The notes: generated by a model not told the origin, from the letters alone. A DNA stretch of 64,000 bases from an uncultured Candidatus Rokubacteria bacterium (GCA_963708025.1 CAVPSB010000022.1:32001-96000), one strand, 5' to 3'; positions 21,051 through 31,126 are shown, numbered from the stretch's first letter. Made by a program: numbers and translations.

Positions 21051-21725
21051 TCAGCGGCCGGGGGCGAGCCAGTCCGCGAGCTCGGCGAGCGTCCGGAACT
21101 CGCGGTCGGGGCGCGCCTCGCCGGTCGGCCGCTCGCCTTTGCGGTTGATCCAGGCGACCGGGATACCGAGCGCGCGGGCCGGGACCACGTCGTGGAAGTA
21201 GCTCTGGGCGGCGTGGAGCCAGCGGCCTCCGCCCACGTGCTCGCGCCCGCGCTCGAAGTGCGGCGCCGCCGGCTTGTAGCTGCCGACCTCCTGGGCGGTC
21301 ACCCAGAAGTCGAAGGGCACCGCAAAGCGCCGCCGGCTGCCGGCGAGCAGGTCGTCGTCCACGTTGGAGAGGATCCCCAGCCGGTAGCCGGCGCCGCGGA
21401 GCCGCTGGAGGGCGGGGTTGGTGTCGGGGAACGGCGGCCAGTCGGGGACGCTGTCGGCCACGAGGGCCGCCCGTCGCTCGTCGAGCGCCCAGCCGAGCCG
21501 GGCCGCCGCCCGCCGGGCGGCCTCGCCGACCACCGCACGGTAGCGGCGGTAGGCCTCGCGCTCGACCACGGGCTCGATCTCGTGGTAGGCGGCGAGGACG
21601 GCGGGGTCGAGCGCGACCCCGTCTGCCCGCGCGGCCTGCTCGAAGGCCGTGCGGAGCCCGCCCTCCCAGTCGATCAGGGTGCCGTAGCAGTCGAAGGTGA
21701 TGACGTCGTAGGGGCGGCTCGCCAT
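21051..21725 (-). CDS. HAD-superfamily hydrolase (haloacid dehalogenase type II-like)
   Basis: FDCYGTLIDWE, LSNVD, YKP, HAAQSYFHDV. Confidence 0.9.
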   Translation of the reverse strand: MASRPYDVITFDCYGTLIDWEGGLRTAFEQAARADGVALDPAVLAAYHEIEPVVEREAYRRYRAVVGEAARRAAARLGWALDERRAALVADSVPDWPPFPDTNPALQRLRGAGYRLGILSNVDDDLLAGSRRRFAVPFDFWVTAQEVGSYKPAAPHFERGREHVGGGRWLHAAQSYFHDVVPARALGIPVAWINRKGERPTGEARPDREFRTLAELADWLAPGR

Positions 21726-21730
21726 TAGTT

Positions 21731-21822
21731 CGGCACCTCCCGCCCACCCGATTCCTCGACGGCCTTCGGCCTTTGGCCCCCTCCCCCACCCACTGGGGGG
21801 AGGGGGGAGCCGGAGCACCGGA
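21731..21822 (-). repeat. Type A repeat with one module
   Basis: TCCGGCTCCCCCCTCCCCCCAGTGGGTGGGGGAGGGGG-[CCAAAGGCCGAAGGCCGTCGA]-..GGGTGGGCGGGAGGT. Confidence 0.85.
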
Positions 21823-21837
21823 TTCTTTCACGCGCGC

Positions 21838-22612
21838 TCAGGGGAGCCAATCGCGCAGCGGCTTCACCTGGATGCCGGCCCGGTCCAGCGCCTCCCGGAC
21901 CGCCCGGACGATGCGCTCGGCCCCCGGCGTGTCGCCGTGGCAGCAGATCGTCTGGACGCTGATGTCGATGTCCACGCCGTCGATCGTCCGGACCTTCCCC
22001 TCGGACGCCATCCGGACCGCCTGGGCGGCCGCCCGCTCGGGATCCGTGATGAGCGCCCCGGCCTTCTTCCGCGAGACGAGCGTGCCCGTCCACCTCGTAG
22101 GCGCGGTCCGCGAAGCCCTCGGAGGCCACGCGGGCGCCCATCTTCCGGCAGTGGGCGTCGAACTTCCCCGAGGCCAGCGTCATCAGGATGAGCCGCTCGC
22201 CCGACTCCCGCGACGCCTCGCCGATGGCCTGGGCGAGCGCCTCCTGCCCTTCGGCCATGGTGTAGAGGATGCCGTGGGGCTTGACGTGCTGCAGCTCGAC
22301 GCCGGCCGCCCGGCAGAACTCCCGGACCGCGCCCACCTGGTAGCAGACGTAGTCCTTCAGCTCGGCCGGCGTCACGTCCATCACCCGGCGTCCGAAGCCC
22401 ATGAGGTCGGGGAGCGAGGGATGGGCGCCGACCGCGACCCGGTGCCGCAACGCCAGGGCCACGGTCTTGCGGATCACGTGGGGGTCCCCGCCGTGGAACC
22501 CGCAGGCGACGTTGGCCGAGGAGATGTGGGGCATGACGGCCTCGTCGGCCCCGAGGGTCCAGCGCCCGTAGGACTCGCCCATGTCGCAGTTGAGGTCGAT
22601 CACCTTCGCCAT
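21838..22612 (-). CDS. pxpA: 5-oxoprolinase subunit PxpA (LamB/YcsF); frameshift near 22086
   Basis: IDLNCDMGES, ANVACGFHGGDP, GAHPS, HVKPHG, EGFADRAY, TICCHGDTPGA. Confidence 0.93.
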
Positions 22613-22623
22613 GTCGCCGCTCC

Positions 22624-23572
22624 TCATCTCGCCGCCACCGCGGCGTCGAGCCGGGTCCGCTCCTCCCGCACCGCGGCGTGGGCCTCGTCGAGCGTCACCC
22701 GGCGGAAGCGCACGCGGTGCCCCGGCCGGCTCTGGCCGAGCCGGGCGATGTCCACGCTGATGACCGTCGCGATCTTCGTGTAGCCGCCGGTCGTCTGCCG
22801 GTCCACCAGCAGGACGATCGGCTGGCCCTCCCCGGGCACCTGGATGCCGCCCAGCGGGATGCCGTCCGAGATGATGTCGTGCCCGCGGGCGTGCGTGATC
22901 AGGGGCCCCTTCAGACGATACCCCATCCGGTCGGCCTGCGGCGTGACCTCGTAGGGGCCGGCCAGGAACGCCGCGATGCCCTCCGGCGTGAAGCGGTCGT
23001 CCTGGGGACCGAGGATGACGCGGCACTCGACCTCGCTGCCGTACGCCGGCCGCCGCGCCTCCGGCACCGTCCGGCCCTCCAGGCCCTCGAGCGGGCCAGC
23101 CGGCGGGCCGAGCGGGCAGCGCGTCCCCCTTCTGGAGGGCCCGGCCCTCCACCCCGCCCAGCCGGCCGCGGAGATACGTCGAGCGCGAGCCGAGGGCGGG
23201 GGGCAGCGCGAGCCCACCGGCCACCGCGAGGTAGGCGCGGCAGCCCGCCGTCACCATGCGGAAGCCGACGACGTCGCCGGGGCGCAGGCGGATCGCGGTC
23301 CACGCGGCCACGGCCTCGCCGTTCACGGCCAGGCCCATGTCGGCGCCCGTGACCGCCACCACGCACTCCCGGCGCACCTCGAGACGCGGGCCCCGGAGCG
23401 TGAGCTCGAGCCCGGCGGCGCCGTCCGGGTTGCCGACCAGCCGGTTGGCCAGGACGAAGGCGCCGCGGTCGAGCGGCCCCGACGGCGGGATGCCGACCCG
23501 CTGGTAGCCGGGCCGCCCGAGGTCCTGGACCGTGGTCAGGAGCCCGGGATCGAGGACGACGAGATCGCTCAT
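22624..23572 (-). CDS. pxpC: 5-oxoprolinase subunit PxpC (KipA-like); frameshift near 23115
   Basis: PGLLTTVQDLGRPG, ANRLVGN, DRMGYRL, QTTGGYTKI. Confidence 0.92.
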
Positions 23573-24304
23573 GCGGAGCCGGCGATCGCGGGCCGATGCG
23601 TCCCGCCCGCCACCGCCTCGGCGATGGCGCGGAACTCGTCGGGGTCGATCGCCCGGAAGCGGACACGGTCGCCGGCGCGGAGGAGGATCGGGTCGGCCGC
23701 GCCCGGGTCGTAGAGGCGGAGCGGGGTGCGTCCCAGCAGCCAGAAGCCGCCCGGGCTCTCCACGGAGTAGATCGAGCACTGCGTCCCGCCGATCCCGACG
23801 CTTCCCGGCGGCGTCTTCGTCCGCGGGCGATCGAGCCGCGGGATCGTCAGCCGCTCCGGCATGCCCGGTCATGTAGGGCAGTCCCGGCGTGAACCCGATG
23901 AAGTAGACGAAGTGCTCGGTGCCGGAGTGGAGGCGCACCACCTCCGCCGGGTCGAGCCCGAGCCGCCGCGCCACCTCCTCGAGGTCGGGACCGTGCTCGC
24001 CCCCGTAGGCGCACGGCAGCTCCACGTGCCGGCCCGCCGGCGGCGCCATCATCGCCAGCTGAGGCGCGAGGGCCCGGACCCGGCTGATGAACTCCTCGGC
24101 GGCGAGCACCAGCGGGTCGTAGTAGACCAGGAGCGACCGGAAGGTCGGCACGGTCTCCACGATGCCGGGGACCCGCCGATCGGCCAGGAGCCGCTCGAGC
24201 GTCAGCACCCGCGCGTTCGCCTCGCGCGAGATCTCGTCGGCCAGCTCGACGGAGACGGCGAGGTCCCCGGCGGGCAGGACGCGGGGCTCGGCGTAGATGG
24301 TCAT
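23569..24304 (-). CDS. pxpB: 5-oxoprolinase subunit PxpB (KipI-like); frameshift near 23865
   Basis: ETVPTFRSLLVYYDP, GPDLEEVA, IGFTPG, GSVGIGG, SPGGFWLLGRTP. Confidence 0.92.
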
Positions 24305-24311
24305 GCCCCGG

Positions 24312-25274
24312 TCACGGCGTGAGGTCGGAGATCTCTCGATAGAGCGGCGGCAGCCGGTCGGCCAGCAGGTTGAGGCCGAAGAACCACTTGGTCCGCGCCT
24401 TGAGCACCTCGCCCTTGATGTCGAGCCCGTGGGCGATGGCCAGGCCCTCCTCCTTCCCGATCTCGACCAGCGGGACCCCGCTGGGGTGGATGATGCGGCT
24501 GTGACCGTAGAAGTCGAAGCAGCCCTTGGGGTCCACCCCCACGTGGTCCGAGGAGACGAACCAGACCTGGTTCTCCATGGCCCGGCACTTCTCGAAGACG
24601 TCGTAGGTGTAGCCGGAGTACTCCTCGGTCAGCACGCTTCCTCCCACCGTCAGCGGCCCGCTCTTGGGATACGCGGTCGGCATCACGAGCAGCTCGACGC
24701 CCTTGAGCGCGTAGACGCGCGACGGCTCCGGAAAGCACTTGTCGTAGCAGATCTGCATGCCGATCCGCCCGAGCGGCGTGTCGAACACGGGGAAACCGCC
24801 TCCCGCGCGGAAGACGTGATGCTCGCCGGCCGGGATGTGGACCTTCCGGTAAGTGCCGATGACTCCACCCGGGCCGAGGAGCACGGCGGTGTTGAACAGG
24901 CAGCCGGTCCCGCCGCCGTACCCCTCGACCCGCTCGGTCATGCCGAAGATCACGTGGAGGTCGTGCCGGCGGGCCACCTCGGTGAGGAGCTGTGTGGTCT
25001 CGCCCGGGACGGGCTCGGCGTTGGCGTACTGGTACTCGAGCTCCTCGGCCGGCAGGGTCCAGTCCGGCGTGAGCTGGTAGAGATAGCCCTGCAGGGACAG
25101 CTCGGGCAACACGACGAGGTCGGCGCCATGGGCGGCCGCCATCTCGATGAACTCGAGGTACTTGGCGCGGTTGGCGCTCTTGTCGTACACGGCGTGCATG
25201 TTGACGGTGGCGATGCTCACGCCCCCGCGGCCCCGCTCCCCCACCTCGACGACCTGATATGCCTGATGACTCAT
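24312..25274 (-). CDS. Carbon-nitrogen hydrolase (nitrilase superfamily)
   Basis: Glu-Lys-Cys triad motifs LPELS, YRKVH, ICYD; also RAMENQ and GHSRIIHP. Confidence 0.93.
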   Translation of the reverse strand: MSHQAYQVVEVGERGRGGVSIATVNMHAVYDKSANRAKYLEFIEMAAAHGADLVVLPELSLQGYLYQLTPDWTLPAEELEYQYANAEPVPGETTQLLTEVARRHDLHVIFGMTERVEGYGGGTGCLFNTAVLLGPGGVIGTYRKVHIPAGEHHVFRAGGGFPVFDTPLGRIGMQICYDKCFPEPSRVYALKGVELLVMPTAYPKSGPLTVGGSVLTEEYSGYTYDVFEKCRAMENQVWFVSSDHVGVDPKGCFDFYGHSRIIHPSGVPLVEIGKEEGLAIAHGLDIKGEVLKARTKWFFGLNLLADRLPPLYREISDLTP

Positions 25275-25365
25275 GGCGTCCCTCCGCTCACTTCCAACAG
25301 CCCATCGGCTTCTCCCGACCCTTCGGCTCAGGCCACGCCGTCATGGCGTTCCGCTTCGAGCCGCG

Positions 25366-25440
25366 GCCCAAAGGCCGAAGGCCGTCCAACAGTCGCGGCC
25401 TCCGCGGGGGGAATCGGGGGGGTCTTCCGAGACCCCCCCG
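25366..25440. repeat. Hairpin module plus type C G-run/C-run palindrome
   Basis: CCCAAAGGCCGAAGGCCGTCCAA followed by CGGGGGGGTCTTCCGAGACCCCCCCG. Confidence 0.7.
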
Positions 25441-25444
25441 AATG

Positions 25445-27100
25445 TCATCCCTCGATGTACGGCGTCGACAGCTGGAACCACTCCTCTGGCGGATTGACGA
25501 ACCCCTTGACCTTCGGGCTCAGCACGACCAGGTTCAGGTCGTTGCAGATCGGCAGGTACGCGGCATCTTCTTCCATGATGATGCGGTCGGCCTGCCGGTA
25601 CAGCCCGGCCCGCTTCGACTCGTTCTGCTCCTCACGCGCCTGGTCGAGCAGCTTGTCGACCTTCGGGTTGGCATACCAGCCGACGTTCACACCCTTGTTG
25701 GGCTGCCGCTCCGAGCGGGCGACGATGTCGATCCAGAAGTTCGTGGTCATGCCCCAGGAGAGCTGGTAGGCTCCGTGGCCCGGCCGCAGCCCCTGGAACA
25801 TCTTCGACAGGTAGGTGATCCAGTCGAACGTCTCGAGCTTCACGCGGATGCCGACCTTGGCCAGGTCCCGCTGGATCCACTCGGCCATCGGCACCGGGAT
25901 CATCTGGCCCGAGCCGGACGTTGAGGTCCAGAAGACCGTCTCGAACCCGTTCGGGTGGCCGGCCTCCTTGAGGAGCTGCTTCGCCTTGTCGGGGTTGTAC
26001 GAGTACGGCTTGTACTTGGGGTCGTAGGCGATGGTGGCCGGCGAGACCATGCTCCCGGCCGGCCGGGCCGTCCCCCGCAGCAGCTCCCTGCACATCCGGT
26101 CCTTGTCCACGGCCATCTGGACGGCCTTCCGGACCCGGACGTCCTTGAAGTACTCGTCCTTCATGTTCAGGTGCCAGTACCAGATGTGGGGCGCGTTGCT
26201 CTGCAGGATGGTGTACTTGTCCTTCCGCAGGGCCTCGACCTCGTCGGGTGGGGGCGCCAGGATGAAGTTAACCTCCCCGGTCCGCAGGGCGGCCACCCGC
26301 GCGGCCGGGTCGTCCAGCCGCCGGAAGACCAGCTTGTCGACGTTCGGGGCCGGCCCCCAGTAGTCCTTGAACCGCTCCAGCACGATCCGGTCGTTGGGGA
26401 CGTTCTCGACGAGCTTGAAGGGGCCGGTGCCGACCGGGCTGTCCGCGAACTTCTCGTTGCCGACCTTCTTGAGCTGGGCGGGACTGACCATCAGCGGCTC
26501 GCCCCAGCTCTGCAGCCCCATGCGCTCCCACTCCGCGTACGGCTTGCTGAAGGTCAGCTTCAGCGTGTAGTCGTTGACCGCCTCGGCCCCGGTGACGTAC
26601 TCGACGACGTAGGAGGTGTAGCTGTTGGCCCGGGCGTAGAAGTGGGGCGCGTCCTTCTTGTACATCCGCTCCCAGCTGAAGACGGCGGCGTGGGCGTCGA
26701 AGGGCGTCCCGTCGTGGAACTTGACGCCCTTCCGGAGCTTGAAGATCCGGGTCAGCCCGTCCTTCGACAGCGTCCAGGACTCGGCGAGCCGGGGCACCAC
26801 CGGCGGCACCACCACGTCGGCTCGGGTCAAATCCTCCGCGAGCAGCCCCTCGAACATCTGGTAGGTGACCCGGTAGGTCAGCCAGCAGCCGGTCGCCTGG
26901 GGATCCAGGATGTCCGACGGGCCTTCCATGCCGTAGACCAGCGTGCCGCCCTTCTTCGGCGCCGCCTTCGCCTGAGCCCGAGCCCCCGCCGGCATCGCCA
27001 GGGAGCCGGCCGCGCCCACCGCGGTGGTGCGGAGAAAGTCCCGGCGGCTCAGCCCGCTCTTCAGCATCCGGAGCATCCGACCAATCTTCTCGGCGTCCAT
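25445..27100 (-). CDS. Peptide/nickel-type (family 5) ABC substrate-binding protein, Tat signal
   Basis: SRRDFL, LRKGVKFHDGTPF, PVGTGPF, VRVRKAV. Confidence 0.95.
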   Translation of the reverse strand: MDAEKIGRMLRMLKSGLSRRDFLRTTAVGAAGSLAMPAGARAQAKAAPKKGGTLVYGMEGPSDILDPQATGCWLTYRVTYQMFEGLLAEDLTRADVVVPPVVPRLAESWTLSKDGLTRIFKLRKGVKFHDGTPFDAHAAVFSWERMYKKDAPHFYARANSYTSYVVEYVTGAEAVNDYTLKLTFSKPYAEWERMGLQSWGEPLMVSPAQLKKVGNEKFADSPVGTGPFKLVENVPNDRIVLERFKDYWGPAPNVDKLVFRRLDDPAARVAALRTGEVNFILAPPPDEVEALRKDKYTILQSNAPHIWYWHLNMKDEYFKDVRVRKAVQMAVDKDRMCRELLRGTARPAGSMVSPATIAYDPKYKPYSYNPDKAKQLLKEAGHPNGFETVFWTSTSGSGQMIPVPMAEWIQRDLAKVGIRVKLETFDWITYLSKMFQGLRPGHGAYQLSWGMTTNFWIDIVARSERQPNKGVNVGWYANPKVDKLLDQAREEQNESKRAGLYRQADRIIMEEDAAYLPICNDLNLVVLSPKVKGFVNPPEEWFQLSTPYIEG

Positions 27101-27136
27101 CGGAGACCTCCCTCTTCTTGGTGATGGGTCACAGTT

Positions 27137-27210
27137 TCGGAACCCCCGCCCACCCCCCCAACCCCCCTCCCCCACCCGCTGGGGGGAGGGGGGAGCCGGA
27201 CAACCCGATT
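27137..27210 (-). repeat. Type A repeat without module
   Basis: TCCGGCTCCCCCCTCCCCCCAGCGGGTGGGGGAGGGGGGTTGGGGGGGTGGGCGGGGGTTCC. Confidence 0.85.
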
Positions 27211-27224
27211 CCTTCAACGCGCGC

Positions 27225-28115
27225 TCAGCGCCGCGAGCGCGGATTCAGCGCCTCCCGCAGCCCCTCGCCGACGAAATTGAAGGCGAGGGCCACGGCCACG
27301 ATGATGACCCCGGGGATGGTGGCCACGTGGGCGGCCCGGTAGAGGACCAGCCGTCCGTTGCCGACCATCACGCCCCAGTCCGGTGTCGGCGGCTGCACCC
27401 CCAGTCCGAGGAAGGAGAGCCCGGCCGACGCGACGATCATCATTCCGATCAGGGTACTCGTGTAGACCAGGAGCGGGGGCAGGACGTTGGGCAGGACGTG
27501 GCGACCCAGGATCCGCGGGTTGGCCGCGCCGGCACCCCGCGCCGCCTCGACGAACTCGAGCTGCTTGACCGACAGGGTCGACGTCCGAACCACTCGCGTG
27601 CTGTACGGGATCAGGACGACCGTCAGGGCGAACATCTGGTTGCCCACCCCGGGCCCGATCACCCCGACGATCGCGATCGCCAGCAGCACCAGCGGGAAGG
27701 CGAAGAAGACGTCGAGCAGCCGCATGATCAGGTGATCGAGAAACCCCTCGTAGTAGCCGGCCACCATCCCCAGCGCGAGGGCGCAGGTCCCCGCCACCAG
27801 GGTCGGCAGCATGCCTACGAGCAGGGAGACCCGGCCGCCCCAGATGAGCCGGCTCAGGATGTCCCGTCCCTGCTCGTCGGTGCCCAGCCAGAACCCCGGG
27901 CTTCCCGGCGGCGCCAGCCGCATCGTCTCCGCCGCCAGCGGATCGTGGGGGCTGACGAGCGGCGCCGCGATCGCGGCGCCCGCCGCGATCAGGATGATCG
28001 CGCTCCCGGTCACCGCCTGCCGGTCGCGGCAGAACAGGCGCGCGAAGGCGGCCAGGGCGGACGACGACCAGGGCCGCGGCGGTCTCGCCCGCTCCAGGGT
28101 CAGCACGGTCGCCAT
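27225..28115 (-). CDS. Peptide ABC permease (OppC/DppC-like)
   Basis: LGTDEQGRDILSRL, EAA loop EFVEAARGAGA, LSFLGLG. Confidence 0.93.
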   Translation of the reverse strand: MATVLTLERARPPRPWSSSALAAFARLFCRDRQAVTGSAIILIAAGAAIAAPLVSPHDPLAAETMRLAPPGSPGFWLGTDEQGRDILSRLIWGGRVSLLVGMLPTLVAGTCALALGMVAGYYEGFLDHLIMRLLDVFFAFPLVLLAIAIVGVIGPGVGNQMFALTVVLIPYSTRVVRTSTLSVKQLEFVEAARGAGAANPRILGRHVLPNVLPPLLVYTSTLIGMMIVASAGLSFLGLGVQPPTPDWGVMVGNGRLVLYRAAHVATIPGVIIVAVALAFNFVGEGLREALNPRSRR

Positions 28116-28129
28116 GGTCGTGACGGGGC

Positions 28130-29080
28130 TCAGGCGGGCTTGGTCCGGGGATCCAGGAAGAGGTTCAGGACGTTGACCGCGAGGTTCACGAGGACGAACG
28201 ACAGGGCGATGAACAGCGCCGCGCCTTGGACCACGAGGACGTCTCGGGCGATGACCGAGCTGACGAGCTGCCGGCCGAGGCCCGGCCAGCCGAACACCTC
28301 TTCGGTGAAGACCGCGCCCCCGAGCAGGTACCCGACCTGCAGCCCCGCGATGGTCACGATCGGGGGCCAGGCCACCCGGAGGGCGTGGGCGGACACCACC
28401 ACCCGCTCGGCAAGGCCCTTGGCGCGCGCGACCCGGATGTAGTCCTGCCCCAGGATCTCCAGGACCGAGGCGCGCGTCATGCGGGCGATGATCGCCGCCG
28501 GCGCGGCCGCCGTGGTCACGGCGGGCAGGATCAGGTGGAGCAGCAGGTCGGCGGCCCCGCCGTCGCCGCGCGAGGCGTACATCCCGAGGCTCGGCAGCCA
28601 CCGGAGGTTGATCGCGAAGAGGGAGATCAGCACGAGCCCGAGCCAGAAGGGCGGCATGTTGCCCACCACCAGGGACGCCCCCATGCTCGCCCGGTCCAGG
28701 GCGGTGCGCTGGCGGGCCGCCGCCAGCACGCCGATCCCGATGCCCAGCGCCGCCGAGAGCGCGAAGCTCGCGCCCGCCAGGATCGCCGTGTTCCCGAACT
28801 TCGGCAGGAGCAGATCGAGGACGGGCTTGTGCACGATGGGCGACAACCCGAGGTCGCCGTGGAGGACGCGCCACAGCCACTTCGCGTACTGGACGTGGAT
28901 CGGCTGGTCGAGCCCCAGGGCCCGCTGCAGCTGGGCCAGCGACGCGTCGGTCGCCATCGGGCCGAGGAGGGCTCGGGCGACGTCGCCCGGGATCAGCTTC
29001 ATCCCCAGGAAGATGATGACGGAGACGCCGAAGAGCACCGGCACCAGCCCCAGGAGGCGCCGGGCGACGTACCGGGTCAC
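28130..29080 (-). CDS. Peptide ABC permease (OppB/DppB-like)
   Basis: LGLDQP..QY, GDLG, DYIRVARAKGL, EVFGWPGLG. Confidence 0.93.
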   Translation of the reverse strand: MTRYVARRLLGLVPVLFGVSVIIFLGMKLIPGDVARALLGPMATDASLAQLQRALGLDQPIHVQYAKWLWRVLHGDLGLSPIVHKPVLDLLLPKFGNTAILAGASFALSAALGIGIGVLAAARQRTALDRASMGASLVVGNMPPFWLGLVLISLFAINLRWLPSLGMYASRGDGGAADLLLHLILPAVTTAAAPAAIIARMTRASVLEILGQDYIRVARAKGLAERVVVSAHALRVAWPPIVTIAGLQVGYLLGGAVFTEEVFGWPGLGRQLVSSVIARDVLVVQGAALFIALSFVLVNLAVNVLNLFLDPRTKPA

Positions 29081-29592
29081 GCCGCGCCCCGTGGCTCGAG
29101 GAGGGCGGCGATGCGGCGCCGGTAGATCGCGGCGTCCTGCTCGAGCTTCTCGTGGAAGAGGTCGTCCACGAGCCGGGTCAGGATCGCGTCGGCGTCCGTC
29201 CGGATCGGCAGCGGGCTCCGGCTCCGGTACGCATCCACCGCCCGGCGCCGCACATCCTCGGCGACCCGACACTCGAGGGCCAGCTCCGCCCGGACCCCCG
29301 CGGCGCCGTTTTCGAGACGCCAGCGGCCCGACACCGACACCAGGGCGCCGGAGGCCGAGAACACGATGCAGGCGGACCCCGGCTCGGCCGGCGCCTCGTC
29401 GACCACCAGCACCACCGCCTGAGCCTGCCGGCCCAGGATGGGGAGGTCCACGTTGTGCTCGAACCACGCAGCCTCCGCGGTCGATGGACGGGAGAGGCCG
29501 GGGAAGCAGAGAAAGGAAGCAGGATCGGCGAGGAGGGCGCGCGCGGCGGCCAGCGAACCTGGAAGGTTCACCCGAGAGGTCAGGCTGGGCAC
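29077..29592 (-). CDS. Hypothetical protein, possibly SRPBCC/CoxG-like fold
   Basis: GGAGG RBS, GTG start, stop overlaps the oppB start; strand-helix-strands-long C-terminal helix pattern (LLADP..FPG, SGRWRL). Confidence 0.6.
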   Translation of the reverse strand: MPSLTSRVNLPGSLAAARALLADPASFLCFPGLSRPSTAEAAWFEHNVDLPILGRQAQAVVLVVDEAPAEPGSACIVFSASGALVSVSGRWRLENGAAGVRAELALECRVAEDVRRRAVDAYRSRSPLPIRTDADAILTRLVDDLFHEKLEQDAAIYRRRIAALLEPRGAA

Positions 29593-29639
29593 CGCGCCTC
29601 CCCAGGCGTCACCGACGATTGGCCGCTGGAGCGCCCCGT

Positions 29640-30425
29640 CTAGAGAACGGCCAGCGCGTGGTCGGGCAGATCGGTGATGAACATGTGCCCGGGCGCGTGG
29701 GTGATGACGAGCGGGGGCCGGGCCTCCAGCGCCACCGCCTGGGGGGTGACGCCGCACGCCCAGAAGACCGGTGCCTCGCCGGGGAGGATCGTCGCCGCCT
29801 CGCCCCAGTCGGGCTTGTGGACGTCGGCGACCCCGATCTGCGCCGGGTCCCCGATGTGGACCGGCGCCCCGTGAGCCATCGGGTAGCGCGCGGTCACCGT
29901 CACCGCCCGCGGAACGAGGGGCGCCGGGATCGGGCGCATGGAGACGACCATCGGGCCGCGGAAGATGCCGGCGGGGCGGCAGGCCAGGCTGGTCCGGAAC
30001 ATCGAGACGATGCGGTTCTCCTCGATGTGCCGGAGGGGGACCCCGGCCTGGAGCAAGGCCGACTCGAAGGTGAACGAGCAGCCGAGGAGAAAGGCGACGA
30101 AGTCCTCGCGCCACTCCTTCGTGATGTCGGTGACCTCGGCCTCCAGCCGGCCCTCCCGGTAGATGCGGTAGCGCGGGACGTCGGTGCGCAGGTCCGCGCC
30201 GGGGGCGGCGCCGACCGGCTCCGGGTTCCCCGGGTCCGTCACCTCGATGAGCGGACACGGCTTCGGGTTCCGCTGGCAGAAGACCAGGAAGTCGTAGGCC
30301 TGGGCCTGCGGCAGGATGACGAGGTTGGCCTGGACGTAGCCGGGCGCGAGGCCGGCCGTACCGCCGGTATAGCGGGCCTGCCGGATCGCCTGGCGGATCT
30401 CCTTCGGGGTCTGGCCGAGCTCCAT
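29640..30425 (-). CDS. DUF1445 putative hydro-lyase (YcsI/D-glutamate cyclase family)
   Basis: GYVQANLVIL, FCQRNPKPCP, DLRTDVPRY, GCSFTFE, MVVSMRP, HGAPVH, FWACGVTPQ, THAPGHM. Confidence 0.93.
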   Translation of the reverse strand: MELGQTPKEIRQAIRQARYTGGTAGLAPGYVQANLVILPQAQAYDFLVFCQRNPKPCPLIEVTDPGNPEPVGAAPGADLRTDVPRYRIYREGRLEAEVTDITKEWREDFVAFLLGCSFTFESALLQAGVPLRHIEENRIVSMFRTSLACRPAGIFRGPMVVSMRPIPAPLVPRAVTVTARYPMAHGAPVHIGDPAQIGVADVHKPDWGEAATILPGEAPVFWACGVTPQAVALEARPPLVITHAPGHMFITDLPDHALAVL

Positions 30426-30449
30426 GGCTGCGCCTCCTAGCGTCAACCC

Positions 30450-30478
30450 ACTATAGTAGGGCGCCCGCCGCCGGGCAA
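30450..30478 (-). promoter_or_regulatory. Sigma70-like promoter of the DUF1445-ABC-pxp operon
   Basis: TTGCCC-N17-TATAGT followed by an AGGAGG RBS. Confidence 0.6.
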
Positions 30479-30485
30479 CCCACCG

Positions 30486-30881
30486 TCATCGGTTGGGCAT
30501 CACCGAGTACCGCGTGGAGTCCAGCAGCCGCTCATCGGCCGTGACCAAAGTCAGCTCGAAGACGGCGGCGGTCGCAGCAAGCAGGGCGTCGGCCGGATCT
30601 CGATGCGGCAAGCCCATCCGCCGGCTCTGGATTGCCACCTCGTGCGTGAGCGGTGCCTCGCGGAACGGAAGTGTCCGGAACGCGGTGCGAATCCACGCGA
30701 CCGGCTCGACGTTCAGCACGATCCGCCCCTTCTCGACGAGAAGAAGAGCCTCCCACGTCGTGATCGGTGAGAGCCAGAGCTCGTTCGACGGCTCTTCCAG
30801 CTCTCGAACGACGCGCTCGCCGAGTCGTGCCGGCTCGAGCAGACTCCAGAGCCAGATGTGAGTATCGAGCAGGAGCTTCAC
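30486..30881 (-). CDS. VapC/PIN-domain toxin
   Basis: MKLLLDTHIWLW, HRDPADALL, TLVTAD. Confidence 0.93.
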   Translation of the reverse strand: MKLLLDTHIWLWSLLEPARLGERVVRELEEPSNELWLSPITTWEALLLVEKGRIVLNVEPVAWIRTAFRTLPFREAPLTHEVAIQSRRMGLPHRDPADALLAATAAVFELTLVTADERLLDSTRYSVMPNR

Positions 30882-31126
30882 GCGCGCGGTCCGAGCGACT
30901 CCCAGTCCGCCTCATCGGAGGCCGGCGCCACGATATCGCCGACGATCCGGCCGGTCGAGGCCAGGGATCCCAACCACCCTCGCTCGAGGGTCGGCGTCGA
31001 GGGCGGAACGACCTCGGCAATCGGCTCCCCCCGACGCGTGACGCGGATGGGCTGGCCGGTGCGCTTCACCTTCTCCAGCAGCGCTAGACACGTGGCTTTG
31101 AACTTCGAGATCGGCACCGTCTCCAT
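30878..31126 (-). CDS. Phd/YefM-family antitoxin
   Basis: ISKFKATCLALLEKV...IRVTRRGEPIAEV; overlaps the toxin start. Confidence 0.92.
   Translation of the reverse strand: METVPISKFKATCLALLEKVKRTGQPIRVTRRGEPIAEVVPPSTPTLERGWLGSLASTGRIVGDIVAPASDEADWESLGPRA

Noticed and set aside
14638-24304. Multiple frameshifts in hyuA/B, the binding protein and pxpABC as pseudogenisation or programmed frameshifting
   Set aside because: They are single-base indels, mostly an extra G/C in short runs, with no in-frame stops and intact motifs. The same pattern hits rarA and ddl, so long-read sequencing error is the more likely cause.
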